Origin: an uncultured archaeon
GTDB taxonomy: Archaea; Thermoproteota; Nitrososphaeria; Nitrososphaerales; Gagatemarchaeaceae
DNA: 64,000 bases
Direction: 5' to 3'
Assembly (NCBI GenBank): GCA_963817525.1
Contig: CAWFOU010000001.1
Location: 352,001-416,000, forward strand
The notes beneath the pieces were generated by a model that made no database searches, was not told where the DNA came from, and saw nothing but the letters and a program-made list of their open reading frames with translations. Position numbers and translations under genes: made by a program. Position 1 is the first letter of the stretch, and the number at the start of each line of letters is the position of its first letter. Shown piece after piece: positions 46,523 through 55,863 of this stretch.

Positions 46523-47884
46523 TCACTTGGGGGTCACATCCCACGAAGCCTTCCCCTGAAGGAACTCGATCAGCCCCGCGACCATGGGTTCGTTCTCCAG
46601 GAAGCCTATGAACCAGAGGCTCAGCACCAGGGTAACGACGCCCTTGAGGTGCCGCCGCACCCCGCCCTGGTAGTTGTAGAGACGATTGAGGTAGAAACCA
46701 AGCAGGTAGGTGAAGGCCCAGATAGAAAGCGAGACAACGGCGCCCAGGCCCAGGACGACCTGCACGAGGCCCCCACCCAGGAGCGAATGCCATATCTGTC
46801 CGTTGATGGCCGAGAAGAGTATCTGGCCTGCCGTCATGAACGGCGGATGCAGGTAGGGAGAGATTCCTAGGTGCAAGTGGAAGAGGTCTGACGCGAAGTA
46901 GAAAGCCGTAAGGACCCAGAGGGGGATCGAGATGATGGTCGCGAAGAAGCCGGTGGTCCAGATAGAGAGCCGGAAGCCTGCTTCGCGCTTGAGCTTCCCG
47001 TCCATGTGCTTCCAGTTCTGGAGGGTCCCGACCACCCACCTCTTCCGCTGTTTCATCAGGCCGGAGATGGTCGCGGGGGAGGACTCGAGCACTATCCCGC
47101 CGTGCCAGCCGAACCCGGGATGCTTCTTGTGGGCGTAGAAGCCGAAGAGCTGGTCCTCCGCGATGCTCTTGTCGTTTGCCCACCCCGTCTCGCACTCGAC
47201 GTCAGCCCTCATGAGGAGGTTGCTCCCATGCAGGTGACTCGGGGGTCCAGAACCGGTTATCGTGGAAACGCAGAAGTAGCAGTTGGAGCTCCTTATCGAG
47301 TCGGCTACGCCCGAGAGGCCATTCTTGGAAAAGCTCGACGGGAACAGGATGGGCCCTTCGGCGAGGAGGCCGTCCCCGCTACCGATGTACTTCACGATCG
47401 CCTCTACCGTCTGAGGGAGGACGACAGACTCCTCGTCGATGTGGAAGATCCAAACGTTCTTCAGGTCGGGGAACCTTTGCTGGTACTGCTCTGCGGCGTA
47501 GTTGAGCGATCGAGCCTTCCTCACGGCGTTGCACCGATAGGAATCCGGCACGACGATTGCCTCGTCGGCGTCCGCGTGGGTGTAGGCGTCCCGGGGGTCG
47601 TCCGAGACCGTGACGACCTTGTATGACCTCAAGCCCATCTCGCTGGCGGACTTCCTTATGCTAGAAACGCCCCGGCCAACGATCCCGAGGTTGTCGGTGA
47701 CCGAGAGTGCGGTGATCTGGAAGATGACTGTCGCTCCGATTCGAGGCAAGACTCCGTTCGGTTTGTAAAGAAAGACATGGCGGTTCCGGTAGTAGTTGAG
47801 GAGGAAAGACGCGCCGTACGGAAGATATGTCAGCCAGAGGGCGAGGACGAGATACCAGCCGAGCTCGTAGTAGCTGAGGGACAT
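46523..47884 (-). CDS. membrane GT2 glycosyltransferase, egghead-like
   Basis: KARSLNYA, WIFHIDEES, HGSNLL, AEDQ, QRKRW. Confidence 0.85.
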   Translation of the reverse strand: MSLSYYELGWYLVLALWLTYLPYGASFLLNYYRNRHVFLYKPNGVLPRIGATVIFQITALSVTDNLGIVGRGVSSIRKSASEMGLRSYKVVTVSDDPRDAYTHADADEAIVVPDSYRCNAVRKARSLNYAAEQYQQRFPDLKNVWIFHIDEESVVLPQTVEAIVKYIGSGDGLLAEGPILFPSSFSKNGLSGVADSIRSSNCYFCVSTITGSGPPSHLHGSNLLMRADVECETGWANDKSIAEDQLFGFYAHKKHPGFGWHGGIVLESSPATISGLMKQRKRWVVGTLQNWKHMDGKLKREAGFRLSIWTTGFFATIISIPLWVLTAFYFASDLFHLHLGISPYLHPPFMTAGQILFSAINGQIWHSLLGGGLVQVVLGLGAVVSLSIWAFTYLLGFYLNRLYNYQGGVRRHLKGVVTLVLSLWFIGFLENEPMVAGLIEFLQGKASWDVTPK

Positions 47885-47885
47885 T

Positions 47886-48014
47886 CTAGTAGTAGAACCC
47901 TACCACGGGGATGGCGAGCCCGATCAGCAACAAGACGGCCAGCACCCCAGCGAGCGCGACGCCGAGCATGATCTTGTCCTTTCTCCCCAGAGGGTTCATC
48001 AGGACCGCTGGCAC
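47886..48014 (-). CDS. 42-aa single-TM peptide (not in ORF track)
   Basis: GTG directly follows the upstream stop; ...MNPLGRKDKIMLGVALAGVLAVLLLIGLAIPVVGFYY*; ends 1 nt before the GT2 ATG. Confidence 0.6.
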   Translation of the reverse strand: MPAVLMNPLGRKDKIMLGVALAGVLAVLLLIGLAIPVVGFYY

Positions 48015-49241
48015 TTACTTCCTGACCTCCTTCGTAGTCTGCGGCGTCCCCGGCGGCTGGCTCACCGGGATCTTGCTCTTCATAATCAGCCACTGGATCA
48101 TCCTCGCGAGCTCCTCTTGCTTCTCGACGATCGCGTCAAGGATCACTGCATCCTCGACCGTGGAGCCGATCTGCCGACTGGGCGCGGCTGGCTCCGGCTT
48201 CCCCATAGTGATGGGAGTATCACGGGGTTTCTTTCTGGAGGTCGAGGACACCGCCCCCATCACGGCCGACTCTATCTGAAATGCGACCTGCGCCACGGTC
48301 GGGCACTCTATGATCGTGATGCCGTAGTACGAGGCCATCTTGATCCAGTCGCTGGTGGCCCTGGGTATGACCACCAAGAAAGTGTTCGGACAGCCCACGT
48401 CCAGGGCCTTCGCCACCGATGCCGCGATTTGGCCATCGAGCGGCTCCCTGGCGAGCATTACGTCCACGACGATGCTCGGCCTCCGCTCTCCCTCAGGTTC
48501 GTCGTCTGGCCAGGCAAGGAGGTCGAAGTGGTGCTGGATTCCAGACTTGCCGTTAGCGTCGCCGCCGAGCTTCGAAGTGAAGTGCCGGGCAGAAAGCTTG
48601 GCTTTCATCCCGTAGAGGGCCGAGAGGCTCGCCTCGACCTTGGCTCTCGATTCGGGGACGTACCTGTAGGTGGAGAGCGTCCCGTGGCGTGCCTCTTCGA
48701 GGGGCAGCTTCCTTCCGCACTTGTTGCAGAGGAGTAGGTCGTCGACGATCCCGCTCAGTCGGCCACAGTTGACGCATGAGTAATAGTTGCTGAAGCGCCG
48801 ATAGTCCACTCCGATGGTCTTGAGGCTCTTTTTGCAGTTGGGGCAGCGGAACCCGTCCGGCGTGACGAAGGCCTCTTCGAGCTCGGCGTGCCCGCAGTTG
48901 AGGTGCTCCAGAGCGTTTCCCACTTTGAATGCTTCTCCCTTGCACGAGGGGCACCTGATCCTGAGGAGCAGGTCTTTCGAGTCGCAATTTGGGCAGGCGA
49001 AGAAGAACTGGTAGGGCTCCTTGACGAGGATGCCCTCGCTCTCCAGCAAGTCCAGGATCTGGTTCGCCCGCCTCGAGTCGACTTCGGCGAGCTTTTCCAG
49101 CTCGCGATACCCGATCGTCTGGTTGTCTACGATTGCGGCCTTGAATTCCACGTTCTCGCCTTCGTATAGCTTGACGAGGATCCTTTGGACTTCGGGCGCG
49201 CTTAGAAGAGATTCTTCATCCTTCACGTGACCCGGGGTCAT
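48015..49241 (-). CDS. TackOD1-like multi-Zn-ribbon protein with C-terminal restriction-endonuclease-like fold
   Basis: CPNC...CPSC...EHLNCGH...CPNC..IGVDY...CVNCG; GKSGIQHHFD. Confidence 0.75.
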   Translation of the reverse strand: MTPGHVKDEESLLSAPEVQRILVKLYEGENVEFKAAIVDNQTIGYRELEKLAEVDSRRANQILDLLESEGILVKEPYQFFFACPNCDSKDLLLRIRCPSCKGEAFKVGNALEHLNCGHAELEEAFVTPDGFRCPNCKKSLKTIGVDYRRFSNYYSCVNCGRLSGIVDDLLLCNKCGRKLPLEEARHGTLSTYRYVPESRAKVEASLSALYGMKAKLSARHFTSKLGGDANGKSGIQHHFDLLAWPDDEPEGERRPSIVVDVMLAREPLDGQIAASVAKALDVGCPNTFLVVIPRATSDWIKMASYYGITIIECPTVAQVAFQIESAVMGAVSSTSRKKPRDTPITMGKPEPAAPSRQIGSTVEDAVILDAIVEKQEELARMIQWLIMKSKIPVSQPPGTPQTTKEVRK

Positions 49242-49390
49242 CTTCGCTCACTTTTCTCGGGGCAGAAGGCGTGAACGCCCCAGTCGAAGGTGCAATTCTT
49301 CGAAAGCGGCTGCAAAAATTGGCTTCGAGTTCAAATTTCTCCGCCGCGCATATAAGCGTTCCCCGGTATCGCGCAAAACACGGATTGACG

Positions 49391-49780
49391 TCAGGCGACG
49401 CTTCCGTGTAGACGGATGTGGAGCATCCGCAGTTCTTCGTACTGGGTGACGAACCCGCAGAACGGGCACTGCATGAGGTTCGCCGGGAGCTGATTCTGGC
49501 TCTTCTTTCTCATGGCAGAAACCGGGTCCGCCGAACGGACGACGATCCTCTCGCCGAAGGCTTCCACCGCATAGTGTGAGGCGTCCCTCCTTCGCGAGAC
49601 AAAGTCCGTGACAGCGTCCTTCACAGCGGAAGCTTCCGGTCTCTCGTCGGAGAGGTAATCCAAAACGATGTCCTCGCCCTTGACCAGGGCGAGAGCCACC
49701 CCCTCTAGCTTATCGGAGAGCCGCGATGCGAGGGCCAGCTTCTCGTTGGCTGAGAGCTCGGAGCAGTCGACGAGAATCAT
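49391..49780 (-). CDS. hypothetical protein with C-terminal C2H2 zinc finger
   Basis: CPFCGF.T.YEE...H...H. Confidence 0.7.
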   Translation of the reverse strand: MILVDCSELSANEKLALASRLSDKLEGVALALVKGEDIVLDYLSDERPEASAVKDAVTDFVSRRRDASHYAVEAFGERIVVRSADPVSAMRKKSQNQLPANLMQCPFCGFVTQYEELRMLHIRLHGSVA

Positions 49781-49873
49781 ATGAGGTTCGTGGCGTAAGG
49801 TCTGTAATACGCGTTGTGTGGGAGAGACGAGGCGGTAAGCGACGCCGAAATGTTGTAAGGGTTAAACGTGCTC

Positions 49874-50909
49874 AACTGTGTCGAATAACTAACTCCTCTG
49901 TCAAGCTTCTTTCATCCGCTCTCTCATGGGATTGAGAGAATCCAACTCTCTCATGCCCGAGAAGAAGAAGCGCAACTGGAAGGAGTACAACGAGTCGCTC
50001 GTGAGGAGGGGAGAGCTCCTCTTCGACACCGATTTTTTATCTGGATGGAGCAGAGAACTAGGGAAGCTCAACGAGGGGAAGGAGGGCGCAAGATACCGCT
50101 ATCCCGCCTCATTAATGAGTATGCTCGCGGCCATCCACGTGTACCTGCTCCCGTACCGGGAGCTGGAAGGGTTCCTCCGGATGTTCGCGGGGCACGTAGA
50201 AGGCCTCAAGGTCCCAGACTACACCACGATGTGGTGGAGGATATCGCGAGTAAAGATCGAGCTCGACCCGGACGTAGACCCAGAAAAGGACGTCACCATA
50301 GCGGTTGACTCCACTGGCATCAAGGTCTCGAACCGCGGGGAGTGGATACGGCAGAAGTGGGCGGTGAAGAGGGGGTTCATCAAGGCCCACCTCGCCGTCG
50401 ATGTGAAGACGGGGAAGATACTCTCGATGGAGGTGACCAAGGAGGACATCCCTGATGGGAGGATGCTCGTCCCTCTGGTGGAGGGGGCGTCGTCGAGCGC
50501 GAACGTCACGAGGGCGATGGGTGACGGCGCGTACGACTCGAGGGAGATCTTCAGGTACCTCGACCGCAAGGGGATAGAGCCCGTCATCAAGGTAAGGAAG
50601 AACGCCTCGATGCACGCGCACGGGTGCATGCCCAGGAAGCTCGTAGCGATGGAGCAGCTGAGAGACTACGAGAGATGGAAGACGAGGCGCGGGTACGGGA
50701 ACAGGGCGAGGGTCGAGTCCGCGATATCGTCCTTCAAGAGGACGTTCGGGGAGCACATAACGTCCGTGAAGTGGAGCAGCATAGTGAACGAGCTGCTCCT
50801 CAAGGCGTCCGTCTACAACCTGTTCGTGGGGATGAACCCGTAGCGAGGACGCAGGCCAGAAAGACCTGGAGGCGAGAAATGGCGCATCGTCGGGTTATTC
50901 GACACGCCT
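49874..50909 (+). mobile_element. IS5-family insertion sequence (1036 bp)
   Basis: Inverted core GTGTCGAATAAC (49878-49889 / 50894-50905); 8-bp direct repeat ACGTGCTC at 49866-49873 and 50910-50917. Confidence 0.88.
49953..50843 (+). CDS. IS5-family (IS903-like) transposase, intact
   Basis: RNWKEYNESLVRRG, PDYTT, VDSTG, GDGAYD, RARVES. Confidence 0.92.
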   Translation: MPEKKKRNWKEYNESLVRRGELLFDTDFLSGWSRELGKLNEGKEGARYRYPASLMSMLAAIHVYLLPYRELEGFLRMFAGHVEGLKVPDYTTMWWRISRVKIELDPDVDPEKDVTIAVDSTGIKVSNRGEWIRQKWAVKRGFIKAHLAVDVKTGKILSMEVTKEDIPDGRMLVPLVEGASSSANVTRAMGDGAYDSREIFRYLDRKGIEPVIKVRKNASMHAHGCMPRKLVAMEQLRDYERWKTRRGYGNRARVESAISSFKRTFGEHITSVKWSSIVNELLLKASVYNLFVGMNP

Positions 50910-50959
50910 ACGTGCTCCTAACGTTTATATTGGTTCTTGCCGTAAAAAGGGGCATCGGC

Positions 50960-51241
50960 ATGAGCAGCGGCACTGATGACGGAGGGCAGGGCTCGGGAGG
51001 CGACTCCCAGTCCAAGGAGAGGTTCTCAGGCCCATCAAAAGAGAAACCAGTCAAGGTCGGCGAGGAGATCGATGTTCTGGTCTCCGAGGTCAGCAGGCGG
51101 GGAGACGGAGTGGCCAGGATTCAGGGTTTCGTGATCTTCATCCCCAACACGAAGCAGGGGATGCAGGCGAAGATCAGGATCAAGGAGATAAGGCCGAACT
51201 TCGCGACCGCCGAGCTCATCGAGAGCGGGCCTTCCAGCTAG
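50960..51241 (+). CDS. single TRAM-domain RNA chaperone
   Basis: KPVKVGEEIDV...RRGDGVARIQGFVIF. Confidence 0.88.
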   Translation: MSSGTDDGGQGSGGDSQSKERFSGPSKEKPVKVGEEIDVLVSEVSRRGDGVARIQGFVIFIPNTKQGMQAKIRIKEIRPNFATAELIESGPSS

Positions 51242-51249
51242 GCCAGGGC

Positions 51250-51813
51250 CTAAGCCCGCCACCAGTCGAACCCGAGGAAGTCCGCCCTGCGGGAGTCCAC
51301 GTTGACTATCGCGATGATGAACTGCTTCCTTACGGTCGTGGCTAGGCGCCCGGACCTGACCATCCCGGTCGCCGTCACCTGAGACTCGTCCTTCTCGACC
51401 TGTACCAGGTAAGGCGCGTGGTCGATGCCCGGCCCGTGCTCGTAGACGGCAAAGTCGGAGCCGAACTTTATCCCGGGCCCCACGACGAACCCCGACTCCC
51501 GCAGCAGGCTGTAGACCAAGTACTGCTCCCGGAAGTTCGGGTACCCGGCCGCGCACAGCGCCTCGAGCTCCTTGGCCGAGAGCGCCTCTCCCTGCTCGCT
51601 CTCGACGCGGAGCTTCTTCTTCTTCACGAGGTAGTAGCTCTCCATGAGGTCAAGGATCAGGGGCGCGTCAAAGTCAAAGTCCTTCGGCTTTGGGATGCCC
51701 AGCGGCTTTCCGTAGTACGAGTCCTTGAAGAGCCTCCTCGAGGCCTCGACGTCCCACACTACGATCCTGTTCTCGAAAAGCCTCCCGACCGCAACCTTCA
51801 CTGTGTGGGGCAA
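51250..51813 (-). CDS. endA: tRNA-splicing endonuclease catalytic subunit
   Basis: YGKPLG, GIKFGSDFAVY..GPGIDHAPY, GRLATTVRK. Confidence 0.92.
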   Translation of the reverse strand: MPHTVKVAVGRLFENRIVVWDVEASRRLFKDSYYGKPLGIPKPKDFDFDAPLILDLMESYYLVKKKKLRVESEQGEALSAKELEALCAAGYPNFREQYLVYSLLRESGFVVGPGIKFGSDFAVYEHGPGIDHAPYLVQVEKDESQVTATGMVRSGRLATTVRKQFIIAIVNVDSRRADFLGFDWWRA

Positions 51814-51869
51814 GCGACTCTGCCGGATTCTTAGTGCTATATCTGCGTGCGGGGGGCCATGGGACCTGG

Positions 51870-52523
51870 CTACACGCCCAGGGCGACTATGGTGGTCGCG
51901 TCGGCCGCCGTCAGCGCCGCATCCGCGGTGTCCTCTAGCGCCTGCGCCAGGTCCCTCATCGTGATGAGGTCCCTGTACCCACGGACCGACTTGATCAGCT
52001 CAGTGATGAGCTCGCGGTGCTTGGTGTCGATCTCGCTCTCTAGCTTCTGGACCTGCGCAGCCATCTCGATTGACTGGTCCGGGTTGATGGACAGCGCCCT
52101 CACACAATCGTTCTGCTTGGAGATCGCCTCTATGAGTGTGTTGAGCAGGTCGTTGTACGCCTCCTTGTACTTCTTGAGCTTGATCACGCTCCTCCTTACC
52201 TGCGAGAGCTTGAACGCGGAGCCGTTGATGTGGCCCACCACGCTCTCTACCGCGAAGGCTACCCTCAGGAGGTCCTCCTTGTTCATGAGGAGGGTGCCGA
52301 CCTGCGCCAGCTCCCTGATGAGGGAGCGCCTGAGGGTCACCACGTCCTCCTCCGCCTTCTTCACCCTCTCTAGGCAGGACTTTATGCTGGCCTTGTCGTT
52401 CGAGAGCACGGCCTGGTACTCCTCGCGGAGCACCCTTGCCGCGTCCGTGACCCTCCTGACCTCGTCTTCGAGGACCAGAAGCGTCCTCCTGCGCGCTTGA
52501 AGGTCTGCTTCTGAGCCTGACAG
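51870..52523 (-). CDS. DUF47/PhoU-like phosphate transport regulator
   Basis: Helical repeats; LESEIDTKHR and ALEDTAD. Frame extends to CTG 52523 / ATA 52526. Confidence 0.8.
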   Translation of the reverse strand: MSGSEADLQARRRTLLVLEDEVRRVTDAARVLREEYQAVLSNDKASIKSCLERVKKAEEDVVTLRRSLIRELAQVGTLLMNKEDLLRVAFAVESVVGHINGSAFKLSQVRRSVIKLKKYKEAYNDLLNTLIEAISKQNDCVRALSINPDQSIEMAAQVQKLESEIDTKHRELITELIKSVRGYRDLITMRDLAQALEDTADAALTAADATTIVALGV

Positions 52524-52641
52524 TATTTTCCCCGCTCAGGCTATGAATGCTGAGAATATAAAAGAGGGGACTGGTCGCACTTTGTGCCCCCGGCGCCAAA
52601 GCGGAGGGCCCGTGTCAGGCCTTTTATCGAGGGTCCGCGCG

Positions 52642-53961
52642 ATGGGCGCAGAGCCCGAAATGCGAACCTCCAAGGGCCAGGGCAGGCGGCAGTTTCTCCT
52701 TGTCTTCCTCGCGATCGCGTTCGCCTGCTTCTTGCTCGCCGCGGTCGCTTCCCGCGCTGAGGCGGCTCCCGGCGGCTCTAGCTCGGTGGTGGTCAACTTC
52801 GACGTCCCTGTCGACCCGGGCTCCTCTAGCTTGATGGCGGACGCCGTCGCCACCGCGGAGTCCTCCCATGCCCCAGCTTTAGTCATCGAGATGAACACCC
52901 CAGGCGGGTTGTTGAGCGACATGCTAGACATCGTGACCAGCATCGAGCAGGCCAACCAGTCGGGCATCCCCACGTACACCTACGTCCCTCCCAACGGCCT
53001 CGCGGCCTCCGCGGGCAGCTACATCGCGATGGCCACCAACGGGATACTGATGGGCTCCGGCTCGGAGATAGGCCCCTCCACCCCCATCGTGGAAGGTGGG
53101 ACCGCGCTCGAGCAGAACCACACCGAGGACGCGATGATCTCTCTCATGGTGAGCCTCGCGGAGAAGTGGGGGCGGAACTCGACCGCCGCACAGTCGATGG
53201 TCGTGTCGGACATCGCCTTCTCCGCCGCCCAGGCGTACCAGTATCACCTGACGGAGGGGAACGCTTCCTCCCTCCAGGGCGCGCTCTCTCAGTTCGGGCT
53301 CGGCCCCGACTACACGGTCGTCCAGGAGGGCGCCTACGACCAGCTCCTCAGTGCCCTCAGCGACCCCAACCTCTACGGCATCCTGATACTCCTGGGTGCC
53401 TTCGCGATCGTCCTAGACCTCACTCACCCGACGTTCATCCTCTCGATCGCGGGCGCCATCGCCCTGGTCGCGGGTCTGGTGGGAGCGGAGGTTGTCGGCT
53501 CCTCCCTCCTGGGGATCGTGGTCATCCTGATTGGCGTCGGGCTCATGTTCCTCGAGCTGTGGCAGGGGCACGGCCTCGCCATGATGGGCGGAGCGGTGGT
53601 GGGGGCGGTGGGCGTCTACCTCCTGTTCCAAGGGGTCCAGGTCTCCTCGTCGACGCTCATCGACTTCACCCAGGTCGAGGCGGTCGGGGTGGGAGCCGTC
53701 GGAGTTTTAGGGGGCCTATACTTCAGGTGGATAGTGGGGCCGATGAGACACAAGCGGAATTTGACGGGGTCGGAGTCGTTGATCGGGAAGCGCGGGATCG
53801 CTGTCTCGCCGACGGAGGTCAGGGTGGAAGGGATAATCTGGCGCGCAAGGATCGACTCGGGCGAGCTCAAGCAGGGCGAGCAGGTCCAGGTGAAGGCGGT
53901 CGAAGACCTTGTCCTTCGCGTGGTGAGAGTCGAGGAGAACCGCGCTCTCGACGCGATGTAG
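52642..53961 (+). CDS. nfeD: NfeD membrane-bound serine protease
   Basis: MNTPGG, AASAGSYI, TM bundle, C-terminal OB fold. Confidence 0.88.
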   Translation: MGAEPEMRTSKGQGRRQFLLVFLAIAFACFLLAAVASRAEAAPGGSSSVVVNFDVPVDPGSSSLMADAVATAESSHAPALVIEMNTPGGLLSDMLDIVTSIEQANQSGIPTYTYVPPNGLAASAGSYIAMATNGILMGSGSEIGPSTPIVEGGTALEQNHTEDAMISLMVSLAEKWGRNSTAAQSMVVSDIAFSAAQAYQYHLTEGNASSLQGALSQFGLGPDYTVVQEGAYDQLLSALSDPNLYGILILLGAFAIVLDLTHPTFILSIAGAIALVAGLVGAEVVGSSLLGIVVILIGVGLMFLELWQGHGLAMMGGAVVGAVGVYLLFQGVQVSSSTLIDFTQVEAVGVGAVGVLGGLYFRWIVGPMRHKRNLTGSESLIGKRGIAVSPTEVRVEGIIWRARIDSGELKQGEQVQVKAVEDLVLRVVRVEENRALDAM

Positions 53962-54039
53962 TCTGCTTACCCACCCAACAGGTCGGCCGGCAGAAGGCCT
54001 ATATGACCCGCCGGCGTTCTTGCAGTTAGGTGCCCTTGT

Positions 54040-54924
54040 TTGGTTGACGTAGCTGCGCTCGCTGTAGAAGCTCTCGTTGTCCTTATCGTCCTGGCGATAC
54101 TGCTTAGCGGGCTAAGGATACTGCGAGAATGGGAGAGGGCGCCCATCCTGAGCCTAGGGAGGTACAAGGGCCTGAAGGGACCAGGGATCATCTACGTCGT
54201 TCCTTTCATAAACAGGATTCCCTTTGTGATCTCGACGCGCCTCCAGACCGTCTCCTTCAAGACAGAGCAGACCTTCACCAAGGACAACGTCCCCGTGGTC
54301 GTCGACTCGGTGATGTACTTCCAGCCCGCAGACCTGCAAAAGGTCGTCCTCGGTGCAGAGAACTACATGATGGCGACCCAGCTCGCGGCGCAGACCACGC
54401 TGAGGGAGGTAATCGGCCAGGTGAGCTTCGACGACCTGCTCACCGAGCGAGAGAAGATAGGGGCCAAGGCGCGCGAGGTCATAGACAGCAAGACGGAGGT
54501 GTGGGGCGTGAAGGTCACCGCCGTCGAGATAAGGGACGTCGGGATACCGTCGGCTCTCCAGGACGCGATGTCCAGGAACGCCCAGGCGGAGAGGGAGAGG
54601 AGGGCCAGGGTCACGCTCGCCCTCGCGGAGTTCGAGGCCGCCCAAAAGATGGTCGACGCGGCCAACCTGTACGCGAACAACGACAGGGCCTTCCAGCTGA
54701 GGTGGATGAACATCATCTATGAGCTGGGACTGCAGGGAAAGAACACCATACTCCTCATCCCGTCAAACATCCCCATAGCGGGCACCGTGGCAGGGACGAC
54801 CGGGACCACGACTGGCCCAACTCTCGACCCGACGACCGGCGGACAGACGATTCCCCCCATAGGCGTGCTAGGCATCCAAGAGCTGGCGAAGAGGGCCCAG
54901 GCGGCGTCCAGCGATCAAAAATAG
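54040..54924 (+). CDS. stomatin/SPFH domain protein
   Basis: TKDNVPV, AQTTLR, AERERRA; follows nfeD. Confidence 0.92.
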   Translation: MVDVAALAVEALVVLIVLAILLSGLRILREWERAPILSLGRYKGLKGPGIIYVVPFINRIPFVISTRLQTVSFKTEQTFTKDNVPVVVDSVMYFQPADLQKVVLGAENYMMATQLAAQTTLREVIGQVSFDDLLTEREKIGAKAREVIDSKTEVWGVKVTAVEIRDVGIPSALQDAMSRNAQAERERRARVTLALAEFEAAQKMVDAANLYANNDRAFQLRWMNIIYELGLQGKNTILLIPSNIPIAGTVAGTTGTTTGPTLDPTTGGQTIPPIGVLGIQELAKRAQAASSDQK

Positions 54925-55006
54925 CGTCAGGCCGCAGGCTGGACGCGCTTCCGCATCGAGCACATCCCTTCCTCGTCAGGTTCATGATTGTTGATATCAT
55001 AGGTCC

Positions 55007-55600
55007 ATGTCGGGGTACTTCATGAGCAATCCGCTAGTCATAAACAAGGCAAGAACCGCGCTGGTTGTAATAGACCTGCAGAAAGGCGTAGCACAGATGG
55101 ACTGTAAACCATATACCGTCCAGGAGACGATTGCGAATGCTTCGAAGCTTGCGGAGACATTTAGGAAGAACAACATGCCTGTCTTCCTTGTACACGTAGC
55201 CATGGGGCCCGGAACAATGCTGAAGACGTTAAGTGATGAAACCTTCGCCAGACCTGCAAATGCAGCTGCTGACTGGGCTGATTTCGTGCCTGAGATGACG
55301 CCAAAGGAGTCAGACGTTGTGATAACAAAGAGGCAATGGGGTGCGTTCTATGGAACCGATCTCGAATTGCAGCTCAGAAGAAGGGAGATTGATACGATAG
55401 TGCTTTGTGGAATCGCTACCGATTACGGAGTTGAAAGCACCGCAAGATTTGCCTATGAGTATGGCTTCCAGCAGATATTTCCTGAAGACGCCATGACCTC
55501 AAGATCACAGGAGCAGCACAGCGCGGCCTTGAACTTTGTCCTCAAGAGAATTGGTAGAGTGAGAAAGACACAGGAGATACTCGAATCGATTGGGAGATAG
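55007..55600 (+). CDS. isochorismatase-family hydrolase
   Basis: VIDLQKG, KRQWGAF.GTDL, GIAT..GVESTAR; lower GC than neighbours. Confidence 0.88.
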   Translation: MSGYFMSNPLVINKARTALVVIDLQKGVAQMDCKPYTVQETIANASKLAETFRKNNMPVFLVHVAMGPGTMLKTLSDETFARPANAAADWADFVPEMTPKESDVVITKRQWGAFYGTDLELQLRRREIDTIVLCGIATDYGVESTARFAYEYGFQQIFPEDAMTSRSQEQHSAALNFVLKRIGRVRKTQEILESIGR

Positions 55601-55863
55601 GAGGCGCATGGAAATAGCAGACCTCCGAGTCCCTCTTACCGATTCGTTTCATGCACTCGTCTTGAGAGACGACTATCCAGATAGCCACGAAGGCTTCCTC
55701 CGCGGAGGAACAGGCCTCCGATAGAAACGCACCTTCTTACAGGAGTGAAAGAAAAGTCGAGCTTAGGTCGTCTATCCACATGGCACAGACTTCCGCTCTC
55801 TACGATCAAAGAAGGGTGAGGTTGGGACTAGGCCGTCGGTTGAAGACGCTTGACACCCTAAGA

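Noticed and set aside
49320-49350. T-loop-like GAGTTCAAAT
   Set aside because: No proper T stem, acceptor stem or anticodon arm.
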